Positions 24,901 through 39,075 of a stretch of 64,000 bases of DNA are shown one piece after another; positions within the stretch are counted from its first letter, which is position 1; each line of letters opens with the position of its first letter. The position numbers and the translations under genes are program-made. The notes beneath the pieces are model-generated. The model did not search any database. It saw nothing but the letters and a program-made list of their open reading frames with translations, and was not told the DNA's origin. This DNA is from Phoronis australis. Lineage: Eukaryota; Animalia; Phoronida. The stretch spans positions 124,001 through 188,000 of the forward strand of contig NMRA01000539.1 of NCBI GenBank assembly GCA_002633005.1, in the 5' to 3' direction.

Positions 24901-27900
24901 CTATCTGGTGGTACCTGTAGTACTGCACTTGAGCATGGGAAAGCATTAATTTGGTGCTACGCATCTTTCTTTTGAAAAACAATGAGAAAATAATGTTTCA
25001 CGTGTCAGCAATATTGTGTCCTAAATTGGTGACACTTTGTTGTAACTTTGCCTGTCTTGACCACAAACACGGAAATTTGTTTTTGCGTCCTCATTACACT
25101 GGAGAATAGCACGGTGGATGTTTGCTCCTAGTAAACCTTCGATACTCAACTTTTAACATTAAACCCGCCCCGAACAATTCATGATGCTCATTGTCTTACT
25201 TCTTCTGATAGAGTTGGAACTATTTTTTCTTCCCACTCTGATATCCGTCGTGACAGATCTGATATCTGTGCATATTCTTTAGACTGAGCCAAGAAACCTT
25301 CCACATGATGTCTGACAAGGTCCTCATAAGATGACACCACCAGGTTACCGTCCGTAGGGTCTCCGTCAAGAGCTTGAAATCCAAAATATTAACAACTTAA
25401 AATGAAACAATAGTTCTCAAAAATGACTACTTTTTTGAAACTCACCTATGTTAGAAATATCAAAAAACCTAGAAGAAAAATCAGAAGATGAATATCACTT
25501 CATGATGTAAAAATCAGCTGGAGAATATTGAGCGCATATGCTCTGAATGTTTTGTAACATATTTGTACAGACTATTATTAAATATCTGACCTCTTAAAGA
25601 AGAGCATTTAAAATACTTTTTCAAAAGTGTTTTGATCAATTTCTCTACTTTTCTACTTTTCATGAAAAAAGGAGAACATTTTGAACATTTTCTATAAAAA
25701 TTAAATTTGTAACAATAAGAATTCTTCAAACTGGAAGCTTGACACAGAAATTCCGAAAATGTCAGCTGGTCCTCGTATTCTGGGTTCTCTCTTTCTGTGT
25801 CTGACTTTTTAGTCCCAGCCCCGGTACATAGCAATTTGACATTTGAGTAATGGTGCCAGAAATAAGCAGTAATACTACACTATAGTGACTTAACTGAGGG
25901 CTGTTTCTCAGAGATTGTGTTCTTAATTTTTTCAACTAAAAACCAGACAAAGGACGACTTAGCATAATTCATGAAATCAAGCTAAAGCTAAGACAGTAAA
26001 TCAGTCTATAACACAAAGTCAAAGGACAAGTGACGTACTCTTTCTGTACTTAAATAAGTCGGTTTGGAAAAATTGAAATTAACACAAGTAATTTAAAAAC
26101 TCTGAAAAACAACTCACTTCGAACTAATTACCCCATATTAAAAACCCAGTTTTCCTTCTATAAACAACATTTAGTTGTTCTAGAAGTCATGAAACCAAAA
26201 TGTAATTAATCAGAAAAGAATGTCAACTGTGTTGTTAATCTGTACAAGGTGCATTCACAATAACAAAAGTAAGTAAAACAAGGCATCACAACGCTGTCAA
26301 CATAAACATATTATATCATTTAATATCAAAAGCATGCAATCCAATATTACTACACAACTCTCAAAAACATTTTGCTTTGACCCTGTAGAACATGTCACCG
26401 TCACCTACCCATAGGCATGACCCGCTCCATGATGTCATCAAACGGTGGATTGACCTCGTGGTCATCCTCAGGAAGACCAAAATCATTGTTGTCTTCATCA
26501 TCCTCCTCTGCAATATTAACAGCACGTGTCTATGTCAATCAAATAATTTAAAGAAACATTATTGGTCGGAAAACTGGTTTTCTGAGAACAAGGCCAGCAT
26601 GGATTCAAGTCTGGAATCTTGACGAACACAGTCAAACACTATGATGGTGGAGCTAAATTACACTTGATAAATAGCTGAGTATTTTTATTAAATGTATTTA
26701 ACTGGAAAGGGTCACCGGCCTCCATTTCAGCAAATGTCTGGCAGACAATGGGAAGAATTGGGGATTTGCAATACAATCACAAAAAAGTAACACATTTTAC
26801 TGTTTCATAGCTCTGGTCAAAGCTAACAACTTCAAAAAGTTTATTCAATCAAACAATTATCCCAAAATTGCGTTTTTTGGACATAAAAACAATACTGAAT
26901 CTTTAATGGTCACAGCATGGTACAGAACACGGCAAAAATATCGTAAGCTGACCCACAATTCCTTATCACGACAACAGACCATAAGCGTCAGTAGAACTTG
27001 CTATCAGAGCAGCTAGAACAACGTTGTAACAATTTTTTTTCAGATTTTCTTTCCCATGAACTGCACAATAAAATCTTACCAATTTCGAACACAATAACAC
27101 AGGCAAATGAAACTTCATTTTCTATTTCTCTGTAAAACATACATAGCACCACCATTCCAATGCTCTATAATATGAACATTTTCAAAGAGCTTTCGCAAAA
27201 TGAAAACGGTCAATTTGCCCGATATTGGCGAGATTCTACCATAACATCAGCCATCGTAACTGTCATTTACGGGAGATTCACATGAACAGTTACAAAGAGA
27301 CTGAAACTGACATCTGTTACAAACCTTGCATCTCAGCGACCTCATTGTCTCCATTCTCTTCTTCAGCCAACTCTTCAAATCGACCTTGATCAGCCTGAGT
27401 CGAAATTATTATGTATATGAGCAACAAAGTGAACATTATAAGACAACTGAATTTGTAAAAATAACACTACATCACTACAACTGTTGCTAAATGATGTAAC
27501 GTCAAGCAGAAAAACCCTTTTTACCTTTGCTAATGAGTGATCTCACACTGTGCACGGACTGGTGGCCTTTATGTGTAACTCTCACTGAACACGAAACATT
27601 CGAACCTCCAATTCCACGTAAGTTGATTTTACTTACAAACAAATCTCACTTAACAGTTCTTGGCCAACTTCATTCTCGTATGCTCACAATTTTTTCCATT
27701 CTGAATTTACATGTACTCTAAAGATTCTGCTCTTGATAGCAAGGTTTCAAATGGCACTGTTCTCCAAATGGACTTGAGGTGAAAGTTAGTTACCAGACAA
27801 AACGAACTCACGAACACAAAGTGAAATAGAAAAAATCTCCAGGTTACCAATAATTTGCGTTCCTTCTTTTGTAGTTCCTGTCTCTTTTTGAACTCAATCC

Positions 27901-30900
27901 AGTATAGCCTTTCAAACTCAGGAAATGACGGTACTTTGAGAGGATTGGTGGGAAATTTACTGGCATGAGAAAAGTCTGTAAGCAAAACACGAAATGACAA
28001 AAGAATGTTAGTATTTTGGTTGTTTGCAAAACTCGATAAAACCCCAGGCAATTTCATAACAAGGTTATTTTTTTCAAGAGAAACCAACAACTTGAAAAAC
28101 AGGTTCTTCTTACATTTCACAGTTAAGAAATTAGGTCACACGTCACAACACTTTATAGTTACATCTCTTTATTGTACTATGTGCTACAAACAGGTTGCTA
28201 CCAGGTTGTATTCTTAAACACACAAAATTATAAAGAAACTTTACTTTATTTCCAACATTTATATCGTTCAACTGTCATCAGCAAACACACAATGAAATTC
28301 AATCATTTTAAACAATACAGATAGCTCTTGAAAGTTGGAAAAATGACCATTTTGGCAATAATTTTGTCCAAGTTTTCACGTTTACAATTCACACCCCGCA
28401 CTACTTACAAGCTTTGGTGCAGAACTCCGACACAGATTCAGTTTTAATGGGTTTTTCTGGTTGTGACTTTTTCCTTTTCCTTTTCTTCGCTTCCTTTTCC
28501 AGCTCCAAACTGGAAGGAATGTTGTACGTCTTTCCTGGAAAAATCAACACCAAGACCTGAATCCCGGTTCTAATCTTTGAGGCCCACAAAATCGAACACA
28601 ATCCTTTTTGACATTTCCCGTTCCACTTTTCAGCGAACTCAAGGTATAGTGTCAATTATTCAGTGATTGAGTACGTATGTGTTACACATACGAGTCTCTA
28701 GTTCAAGTTCGCACTTGATGACTCCTAGATTCTAGCTAAAAACTGGAGTAAAAAATTGAAAATTCTGTTTCAGAATCAAACTTTTAACCAAAAATGCTGT
28801 GGCCACCAAGAGCAAACTAGGACACCACAGTTACCATGCAAGCCATTAGGTACAAGCACAGAATAACAGTCACTTTAGTTCGCACAAAGCTAATCATGCT
28901 AAAAATAATTTTGAGTTCGATTTTGAGTAGCAAGATTGAACCCTGGACCCAGAATCAAACAACAGATGCCTACAGGTGGCGCTTTCTTCCTATATAACTA
29001 GAGGTGATTTGCCAAAGAAGTGAAGAAAATGGAGCCTGACCTGAATTGGCATTCAAACTGAAGACCTTACCGTGTAGGTTGAATGTTTTTCAGAGAGAAA
29101 AGAGATTTCAGTTCAGTAAGTGGTTGTTTCAAAACGTAAAATTCTAAAAAGTATGACCTTGTTCGGAAACACTGTGAACCATAGAAATTAGTATGTCAAT
29201 AAAATTTGATAAAATGTTCTAATTTTACCTTTCTTGAGGGGCTTCTCAGCCAATGAATCTGATTCATGAGGATCTAACATTATCCAAGGATCAACACGCT
29301 GAAATAAAACAAACAGTAAACATAAGACAAAATCCAACCAAATGAAATGACACGTAAACATTGGCACTCTAATATCCTTAAAACTACCAAGAAACATGGA
29401 CCAAGTTAGGCATCGATGATGTACAGTGCAAAACAAAAGTAGACAAAATACTATTTTCTGGCATGACGGCTAATTTTGTTAGCAACAAATTACTAGTAAT
29501 AACTACTAGGCCAGCAAAATTCTAATTGCAGAATGTCTCAGCCACATTGCTAACATTCCTGTTGATTTCAGTCGTGAGAACATACACTGATGATGAGGAA
29601 TTCCTGTAATTTTGTCTGAATACTTTTGGCTAGTAGTGTAGGCAATTCTTATTGATGACAAACATCAGTCAACTGACAACTACAGACGTTTGGAGACTGG
29701 AATGTGTCTAGCTCAAAGTCCCAAATCACAAAATTGGTGGATAACGAATACATCGAGTTGAGATCCATGATGAAAAATGTGTTGGGAAAAACCCAATATC
29801 AGCTGGTTTAAAAACTAACAGCATTACAGCTTTTTTACTCCACACGTTTAAAAAGAGTAAGTCCCTAACATTAAAAAACATGATTGAATTTGCAATATTT
29901 CTTCTCAGATTTGCAGCACATAATGAGGCATTTGTAACTGACTTTAGTGAGACTGAACCATGTGATAACGCATCATTATTAGATTTTGAGTTCAAATTTA
30001 TTTAACAAAATCATTCATCCAAGAACCACGGCTCAGGAGTGGAAAATAAGAGATATAAAATATGTTAGCTTCAATGAAAAAATATAGTTATAGGATAACA
30101 CTTTGTTTCCTTGGTTACAAAAATTTGAAGGCAACACGAAGAAGTTCCAACAGCATTGTTCATCCGATGGGTGTATATGCACTGTACCCTTGTCACAGCA
30201 ACCTGCGCTATTATCACAAAAATTAAATCTACCTTTTTGGGGACCAGCTGTCTGCGAGTAGCCTCAGCCTGTCGCACAGATCTCCTCGGTTCAACATCGA
30301 CAGCAACATCGGCCTCAGCTATCATCTCAGGACATTCATGGTTACTCTCCACTGCAGATGTTGACAGAAGAGAGTTGACTCACATTGTCACATCATACAC
30401 AGTACTACACAAGATAATCTAATAGCGTTATAAGTTAAGTGTTATTAGTGCTGAATGGCTAGGACCAGAAAAGCAGCAGACGACAACATTTCCAGCAGAT
30501 GACTACCTTTCCATTTCAATTGATGCAGAACAAACATTAGCATGGCATTTCTTCATGAGTTAACTTTTTAACAACAGTTTACAATGGTTTTCACAAGCCT
30601 AATAAAGGTTTTGACAACTTGAAGACCAGCCCCAACCAATAGCAATGTTTTTTTCCTATCTTCATAGAAGCAAAGGATTATTTGAAACCATTTGTAATTC
30701 CTATCTAGTTATATACTTATCATATATTTAAACCAGCATAAAGAGAGTAAATATCGATCGATAAATAACACATATCCCCTGTTGATGATAATCGTATCAA
30801 AAATATTTTTGTCTTCCAATTCTTTGCCATGACTGGGCCTAGAACTGTAGATGCTTTTATTAACCATGCTGATGCTAGTCTGTAGAGACACGGCCATAAG

Positions 30901-33900
30901 GTGGCGGGTGGACAAGACTAATGAACATTCACTAATTACCAGTTAGTGATGAATACGCATAACATACTCATCTTCAAGCAATGGAAATATCCTTTTGCGT
31001 GAAAAGTCACTCTGGGAGTCGTGTACTGTAAAATCTCACCAATTTTGGACACAACATGGTGGACAAGTGGAATTCCAATTTCTAATTTTTCCACAAAATA
31101 CAAGTAGCACCAAATTCACGCTTTTCCGTGTTCAACCTCTGTGCCACGACAACCACTAGAAAATGCTTTGAAAAGTTGTGGGCACTCCCAACAATGACAG
31201 CCAGGGGAGATAATCGAGATAACAACACGCACGTGTTCTCAGCTCTGACCCTTTTCTTGAAAAAAAACCTTTTATTGAAGGTGTGTTAAGATTTCTTGAT
31301 ACCTGAATGTGGAACAAGTTGTGGAGAAAAGGCTGGAGTGCATATCATCTGAATTGATTCAGTAGATAAGGTAGGACTTGGTGGTGAAGAACAAACTCTT
31401 TTCAGTCTTGATTTGACCAAGAAGTGTCACATTCAAATCCCCTGACAGGTGATTATATAACACCAATGAAAGTCTAAAGAGAAACCCTCAGGAAAGCTAC
31501 TGGTGGACAAATAATAGTCTAACAATAAGTCATCACTCAGCCTTGGCAACGGGCACGGTTACCAACTTTGATGAACGCATGGAACAACTAGAGAGAAAAC
31601 TCAACACTTCAATACGACAGGCAATTAAAGAGGAGCTCCAATATTTTAAACAAGACATTGTTGCTTTACAACAAGAAAATACGATGTTGAGAGAAAAGAT
31701 CAATTCACTGGAGCAGTATTCGCGTTCGACTTCAGTTCGGGTATATGGGATAGAGGAGAATGATGACGAAAACTGTGAACAGCTGGTGTTGGAATTTTGC
31801 AAGAATATCTTGGAAATTGATGTTATTGACAAAGATATAGACAAAGTGCACCGAGTCGGAAAAAAGGATAGTAGAAGAACAACCAGACATTCATCGGCCT
31901 TGATTAAACCGCGCCCAATCATCGTCAAATTTATGTCGTATNTTCCATTTCAATTGATGCAGAACAAACGTTAGCATGGCATTTCTTTACAAGTTAACTT
32001 TTTAACAACAGTTTACAATGGTATTCACAAGCCTAATAAAGGTTTTGACAACTTGAAGATCAGCCCCAACTAATAGCAATGTTTTTTCCCTATCTTCACA
32101 GAAGCAAAGGATTATTTGAAACCATTTGTAATTCCTATAATATCTAAACCAGCATAGAGTAAATATCGATCGATAAATAATACATATCCCCTGTTGATGA
32201 TAATCACATCAAAAATATTTTCGTCTTCCAATTCTTTGCCATGACTGGGCCTAGAACTGTAGATGCTTTTGTTAACCATGCTGATGCTAGTCTGTAGAGA
32301 CACGTCCATAAGGTGGCGGGTGGACAAGACTAATGAACATTCACTAATTACCAATTAGTGATGAATACGCATAACATACTCATCTTCAAGCAATCGAAAT
32401 ATCCTTTTGCGTGAAGTCACTCTGGGAGTCGTGTACTGTAAAATCTCACCAATTTTGGACACAACATGGTGGACAATGGAATTCCAATTTATTTTTCCAC
32501 AAAATACAAGTAGTACCAAATTCACGCTTTTCCGTGTGCAACCTCTGTGCCATGACAACCACCAGAAAATGCTTTGAAAAGTTGTGGGCTCTCCCAACAA
32601 TGACAGAAGCCCTTGAAAATGAAAAAGGGCAACTTTGGCAATTATCTTTGTCTGAAATTGTTGAGATTTTACTGAAAATCATGCACTTACTACTCATATT
32701 CTGTATACCGTCGTCAACCAATGTTTTGTCGTTGTCATCGTCACTGGCAACAGCAGGTACATCTTCACCTGTACAAGAAGCAGTAATGAATGTGTGAAAC
32801 GGGAAACCAAAAACCTCTTGTTACAACAACACAACTACAGCCAAAATTCAACGTAGAGTACATATCAAAACTATTAAGAGCAAATGACTTAGAATTGTGT
32901 CATGGAAGCTGGATGGAAGCTTGATTCATCGTCAGTGTAGCCTTCCATAATGACGGAGAATGAAGGGAAACGAACAGGAAAGTTAGTCAGGTGACTGAGA
33001 CATTCTATAATTAGAATAATAAGTCATTACCAGTACCTTCTTAGTAATTAACAGAATTAGTCGTCACAGCAATACCTGTCAAAGTCCGTTCAGGATTCAA
33101 CAGCATAGTGCCTCCTTCCGTTGTTATGGTGGTCGTTGCGGCAAACACCGTATCGTTCCAGATGGTGAGGTGAGACTTGTCCAGCAGCAATAATCCAGTG
33201 GCCTGAATATCTGAGGATATCATCTTGTAGTCTGACCGGCTTCCCAGAACTTCACCCTTCAGGCTACGCAAATTGAAAAAGATTAGATGTATAAAGACCA
33301 TCAGGTGCTGCCCCCCAAGCACGAATTTTTACTGTTTCGCCTAATGTCACCCAAGGTCACAATTCTAATTTTACGTGGTCGTTAGTACATTTTATCATTG
33401 TTTAAGTAATAAAAACAAGTGGTAATGGTAATGGTGATTTTTTAATATTTTTCATAGGGGAATGGGGCCGACATTCGCACCCAAAATTGAGAGCTCTGCT
33501 AGTGACAATGAGGCCTGAAGCTAAGCTAAATTACCACAAAAATTTTGACCAAGAACACGAACAGTGTGTAACTGTCCCATTTCTTCATGATGAAATAATC
33601 CCATTTGCTTCAAAATTACGGACAAGACCTCTTAACTTGTTCACTGACTGATCTGTTTACTCACCTTAACAAAGGGTCGCTCCCACGGTCCTCTCTCTCG
33701 TTAAACTGCACAAGTGACATGGGTGTTTTCGGTGTGCACATAATTGACTGGAAGTGGAAATAGTTCATCATTACCGAAGAACACCGTCTATAAGGCTTGT
33801 ACGCAATTTTGGGAAAACTTGAAAAATGCAAACTCACTGAATATAAGAGCATACTGTTTCTTCTGATAGAACACCAGTCATAACATTTTCTAGTCAAACA

Positions 33901-36900
33901 GAAGCAATATTGCATATAGTTACCATCTCAAGCAGACAAAATGAAAAGTACTGGGTAAACACACACTTACACGATAAGCCCAGTCACCGAATGGCCAAAC
34001 AGACTCAATCATAAGTCGGCTCACCGAAAACTGCAGCTATTTGTGGAAATCGGCAACATTTTTAAAATCAGTTTGGCTAAGGGACAATTATTAATATGGG
34101 GAGCAGTAAAATTGAAGCCTGTTTGAAAAAACCAGAAATGAGCACCTGGCATTATTTTGATACCCGAAAATACAATATGCTTTTTGTGTCTAAAAATACC
34201 ACACGTCGTTACATGTGGAGATAACTCTGATTAGATACCAGGCAGCCAATATCTACAAGTGTTGGCCAACAAAATAAACGATAGTGAGCAACTCGTCCCT
34301 TACACAGAGTTATAAAAAAACAGACATCTGTTTTGGGAGTTCAAGGTACAATGTGATCCCTTTATCAACAACTGGTTTTTAAAGTTTAAAGCTTACGTTA
34401 ATTCTTGACTTTCCATGAAGCCTGATGTCAATATTTGTGTGTTCTCTTAAGTCGTCCAGTGACAAAAACTGAAAACAAAGACAACCAAAACAGTGCCGTG
34501 ACAAAAAACAACAACACAGACAACACAAGAATGACGAACTGGTGACGATATAACGAGCAATAGGTTAATATCAACTGATTGGATATTTCTTTAAGACACA
34601 TCAAAGCGAAGATGTTGCAAAACTGTGAAATCAGTTGCTGCGAATTTCTGAAAGTCAACCTCTAAACATATTTTCATTTGCCTCAAAACGGTGACCCGAA
34701 TGCACTATAATTTCTACACTTGAGTTCTGCAGAGCTATTGCTTAATTTATGGAAATGGTATAATGAGTGACAGATAAAAGCCAAAACAAACGCGAGCATG
34801 CTTGTGCTCAAAAAATATGTACGTGTGAGAATGAACAAAGAATGCTGCTGTGTTTTGATCTGAAACACTCATGTTAATAACTGTAATTACGTACTTCCTC
34901 AAGCGTGTCCACCTCAACCTGCGCATCCTTGTCATTCCCATCTGCATCAACAGATGACGCCGCTTTCAGCAGCTTTCTGGAATGAAAACCCAGTAATCAA
35001 GATTTGAGCACAAGAGGTGTGCCAATCCTCAACACAGAGTGAGTCTCCCGTAAATGTTTGTAACTAACCACAAAGAGCATTAATGCAGAAATTTACTATG
35101 CAGTACAATGATCTCAAATATCACACAATCATCACAAAAATGTACAGAACAGTTTAAATCATTCTTTTAACAGCAATTAAACATTCCTCGAATGCATCCG
35201 ACACACATTATGAGTCTAAAATGTTTTTACAAATAAACAAGTCGTTTTTTTAATATACCATCTTTCTACCTACTTTTTGCTTGACAGTAAATCCAGAACT
35301 TGGTACACCAGTGAATACAAGTATTCAACCTGAAATATGGAACACAAAATGCCAAGNTTTGGCTAAGGGACAATTATTAATAAGGGGAGCAGAAAAAGTA
35401 AAGCCTGTTTGTCAAAATTAGAAATGAGCACCTGCCATTATTTTAATACCCAAAAATACAACATGCTTTTTGTGTCTAAAAATACTGCATGTCGTTACAT
35501 GTGGAGATAACTCTGATCAGATATCAGCCAGCTAATATCTACAAGTGTTGGCCAACTAAGTAAACGATAATGAGCAACTCGTCCCTGACACAGAGTTATA
35601 AAAAAACAGACATCTGTTTTGGGAGTTCAAGGTACAATGTGATTCCTTTATCAACAACTGGTTTTTAAAGTTTAATGCTTACGTTAATTCGTGACTTTCC
35701 GTGAAGCCTGATGTCAATATTTGTGTGTTCTCTTAAGTCGTCCAGTGACAAAAACTGAAAACAAAGACAACCAAAACAGTGCCGTGACAAGAAACAACAA
35801 CACGGACAACACAAGAATGATGAACTGGTGACGATATCATAAGCAATAGGTTAATATCAACTGATTGGATATTTCTTTGAGACACATCAAAGCGAAGATG
35901 TTGCAAAACTATGAAATCAGTTGCCGCGAATTTCTGAAAGTCAACCTCTAAACATATTTTCATTTGCCTCAAAACGGTGACCCGAATGCACTATAATTTC
36001 TACACTTGAGTTCTGCAGAGCTATTGCTTAATTTATGGAAATGGTATAATGAGTGACAGAAAAAACCCAAAACAAATGCAAGCATGCTTGTGCTCAAAAA
36101 ATATGTACGTGTGAGAATGAACAAAGTATGCTGCTGTGTTTTGATCTGAAACATTAATGTTAATAACTGTAATTACGTACTTCCTCAAGCGTGTCCACCT
36201 CAACCTGCGCATCCTTGTCATTCCCATCTGCATCAACAGATGACGCCGCTTTCAGCAGCTTTCTGGAATGAAAACCCAGTAATCAAGATTTGAGCACAAG
36301 AGGTGTGCCAATCCTCAACACAGAGTGAGTCTCCCGTAAATGTTTGTAACTAACCACAAAGAGCATTAATGCAGAAATTTACTATGCAGTACAATGATCT
36401 CAAATATCACACAATCATCACAAAAATGTACAGAACAGTTTAAATCATTCTTTTAACAGCAATTAAACATTCCTCGAATGCATCCGACACACATTATGAG
36501 TCTAAAATGTTTTTACAAATAAACAAGTCGTTTTTTTAATATACCATCTTTCTACCTACTTTTTGCTTGACAGTAAATCCAGAACTTGGTACACCAGTGA
36601 ATACAAGTATTCAACCTGAAATATGGAACACAAAATGCCAAGAATTTGTTTCCAGATAGTGAATTTTACAAAAATGCAAAAAAAACATATGTAGTTACAC
36701 ACAAATATCTCAAATGGCCCCAGCAGTAAAGTTTGAAAACAAGAAACACAGCTACAAAACGCAACTCTTGTACTTCAGACAACAGGCAGTCGGATGAAAA
36801 ATTTTTTAACATGAATGATATAGGAAAAAAGAATTTTAGTTTGCCATATTTGTCAAGTAACATTTTGAATGTTTGTAGCAATGCAGTAAGCTTTTGAAAA

Positions 36901-37898
36901 TTAAATAATTGACAACTTGGCATCTACTATTATGCTAAATTGAACGATTGACTATTCAGATTTAGTATGCAGTAAAATTACTGCACTTTGTGACAGTCTC
37001 CAACATTGGTGATACCGAAATCCAAGCTGAATATTACTGACACACAAATCTGTGACAAAGACGATTTTTGCAAGTACCGTATCTCTCAATTTGTTGACCA
37101 ATGTGCGTTTACACATAATAGGGTCTGCAAATAAAGTTGAAACTCCACAGAAACTAACGTTGATCGTTACGACGCCAGTAAAAACTGCTGCCAGTACTGT
37201 TTTATCTGGGATGCCCAAAATTACAGATTTCTAAAATTTGGTATAAGCTATGGCATTAAGCAAAATGATTACTTTTTTCCACCGAGCAAAACCGGAAATT
37301 TTTGTAGCGGCAGCTACTTGGAACATTCATACCTTCTTACTGTAGACGCAGGCTGTACCTTGGATGAGAAGAGCAGCCTCAGCAAAATTCATCTTCGTCT
37401 TTCCATCATCAAAGGTGATTTGGATGTTTTCGATCTGCAGAAGATACATGTATTTAGCATGTCTTGTCCGACTTCTTCAAAAACCTTGTCACAAAATCAT
37501 ATACTTTTGAAAGGCGATTATCTTAATTATTATGCATAAGAGAGTACCAGCATGTTTTCTTTCTCACAAGTTCTTAATATAAAACACCAGGAATGATAAA
37601 AAATCAACCAATAAATGTAGTTGCATGTAATTAATCAAATTATGCCTTTTCAAAACACCCCATCAAACAAACAACTGTAATCAGAAATTGTTTAAACTAA
37701 CAAAACGCAGCAAGCAAAACCTGAGTGCCAGTCGACATAGTGAGACTTCCGACTTACCTCATCCAAATACTCCTCCAACTGGCTGGCTATGTCAACATCC
37801 CAGTTTTTGGTCAGGTCACGGATTGGCTGAATAAGGTGCTGAAACCTCGACTCCAGGTCATCCCCGGGTCCCTGAGTGGTCTGAGAACTGGTCACCAT
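21909..37898 (-). CDS. NCAPH2: Condensin-2 complex subunit H2 (kleisin beta)
   Basis: Exons: 37898-37758 ([30 protein letters not shown]), 37434-37333 ([29 protein letters not shown]), 36615-36560 ([13 protein letters not shown]), 36262-36181, 35754-35683 (FLSLDD; these three exons recur 1286 bp lower), 33747-33665, 33263-33076 ([10 protein letters not shown]), 32768-32709, 30351-30233, 29298-29229 ([15 protein letters not shown]), 28534-28409, 27975-27848, 27394-27325, about 26506-26409, 25372-25200 ([11 protein letters not shown]...LSRRISEWE), 23932-23783 (FDIHKYG...[11 protein letters not shown]), 22046-21909 (ANSYNV...DTMSLKLL). GT-AG sites with compatible phases. Confidence 0.95.
22461..23300 (+). 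mobile_element. 3' end of a LINE (C-terminal CCHC-type zinc finger and tail) in the last NCAPH2 intron
   Basis: Frames read [25 protein letters not shown] and VEVGR...RICSLC...[18 protein letters not shown], then AATAAA near 23285. It starts right after the N at 22460. Confidence 0.75.
28557..28952. mobile_element. MITE; related sequence at about 20540-20740
   Basis: Imperfect TIRs CTGAATCCCGGTTCTAATCTT / AAGATTGAACCCTGGACCCAG. The motif AATAATTTTGAGTT.GATTT..AGTA..AAGATT.AACCC is shared with about 20690-20730. Confidence 0.45.
30509..32606. repeat. About 690-bp allelic duplication (30509-31200 vs 31943-32606) flanking a LINE 5' end and N at 31942
   Basis: Both copies start TTCCATTTCAATTGATGCAG and end CCCAACAATGACAG, with scattered SNPs and indels. 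Confidence 0.85.
31201..31941 (+). mobile_element. 5' UTR and ORF1 (coiled coil + RRM, L1-type/Transposase_22-like) of a non-LTR retrotransposon, truncated by an assembly gap
   Basis: ORF from 31543: coiled coil, then [17 protein letters not shown]...IDKVHRVGK...PRPIIVKF, the hallmark ORF1p motifs; open up to the N. Confidence 0.85.
34072..36642. repeat. About 1285-bp direct duplication across N at 35357 containing three NCAPH2 exons (probable uncollapsed haplotypes)
   Basis: 34072-35356 vs 35358-36642. The exon differences seen are synonymous (CAT/CAC, AGA/CGA); the distal part is essentially identical. Confidence 0.85.
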
Positions 37899-38739
37899 GA
37901 TCTGAGACAGACAGAGTGCATAACGTTAAATCCTCGTGAGAGACCGGCAACTCCGGACGGTCTGGGATCACAGATCCATTCGGCTGATTACATTTTATTG
38001 CCTGTGAAGCCGATGGTTTGGTGAGAAGAGCTGCCTGAAGAAACATGACTTGCATTATTTCAATTCATGACCCAAAATGTGTGACTGGATAAAGCCCTTT
38101 CAATGGCTTTCATATTAGTGTAGATAAGCCAATGGAGCGTGAGACCTCTGAGGTCCCCCTCAAGTCCTCACGACAATTCAACGTTATATGGGTGTGAATG
38201 TGAGCTGTATCAGACTGAATTTTTGACATTTCACAGATTTACACCTTTCAAAGACAATATGGGAGTTTAAAAAGGATAAGGTAGGGATTATTTAATGTGA
38301 TATATTGGCCATCTGTTGTTCAGTAGAGAATTAGTTTTCATATTTCTAATGAGTGAACACACGAAATCATGGACAATATTGCAGTGTTGAACCAAATTAA
38401 TCTTTCAGTGACAAAACAAGAACTTGGCTCGGAAAGTATGGAGTGATCTGGAATCAAAATATAAATCTATGTATCCAGAAATGTGACTCACGCTGCACGC
38501 AGATTATTTCAAACTTATTTCTGCTGAAGCTGGCACACAGCTGAAACGATTTCTCCCGTAATAGCTCGAGGAGCCGTCAAAATTCAATCAACAAAACCAG
38601 TCATCAATCAATCAAGTATGAAATCTCGTTTAGACTGTCATACAATTACAATTAGAAACACAATTATTCTAAGTGTTTCAAATGGTTACAAACGTATCAA
38701 AATGAAGCGGCGACACACTACTCTAACCTCGATGTGTTT

Positions 38740-39075
38740 ACCTTTTTATTTGGAATTGGCGCTTTTTCGTACCGTGTTTTACCGTACCCAATTTATATTT
38801 TTACAGAAAAAATTAAAATGCCTTAATTTTGCCAAATTTAACAAAAAATGAATTTTAAAAAAATAATTAAAAGATACTATAATGCCTAATTGTACTATTT
38901 TGGCTTAAAAACAATATAATTATGAACTGTATATGTTTTGAAAAAAGTTATTGCTATGAATGTCAATATACACTAGAGGGCGCTGAGTCCAAAACACTGT
39001 TGTGCACGAAATAGGTCTTAGTGAGTTGCTTGTTCTCGTGTTTTCCATCTGCACCGTGACAAACAAAGGCCACAA
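38740..39075. promoter_or_regulatory. Putative bidirectional NCAPH2/LMF2 promoter with a CTCF-like motif
   Basis: The NCAPH2 ATG is preceded by an acceptor (CTCAG|ATCATG), and a minus-strand donor AAG|GTAAAC near 38741 suggests a non-coding first exon. LMF2 ATG is at 39076. CACTAGAGGGCGCTG at 38971-38985. Confidence 0.55.
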
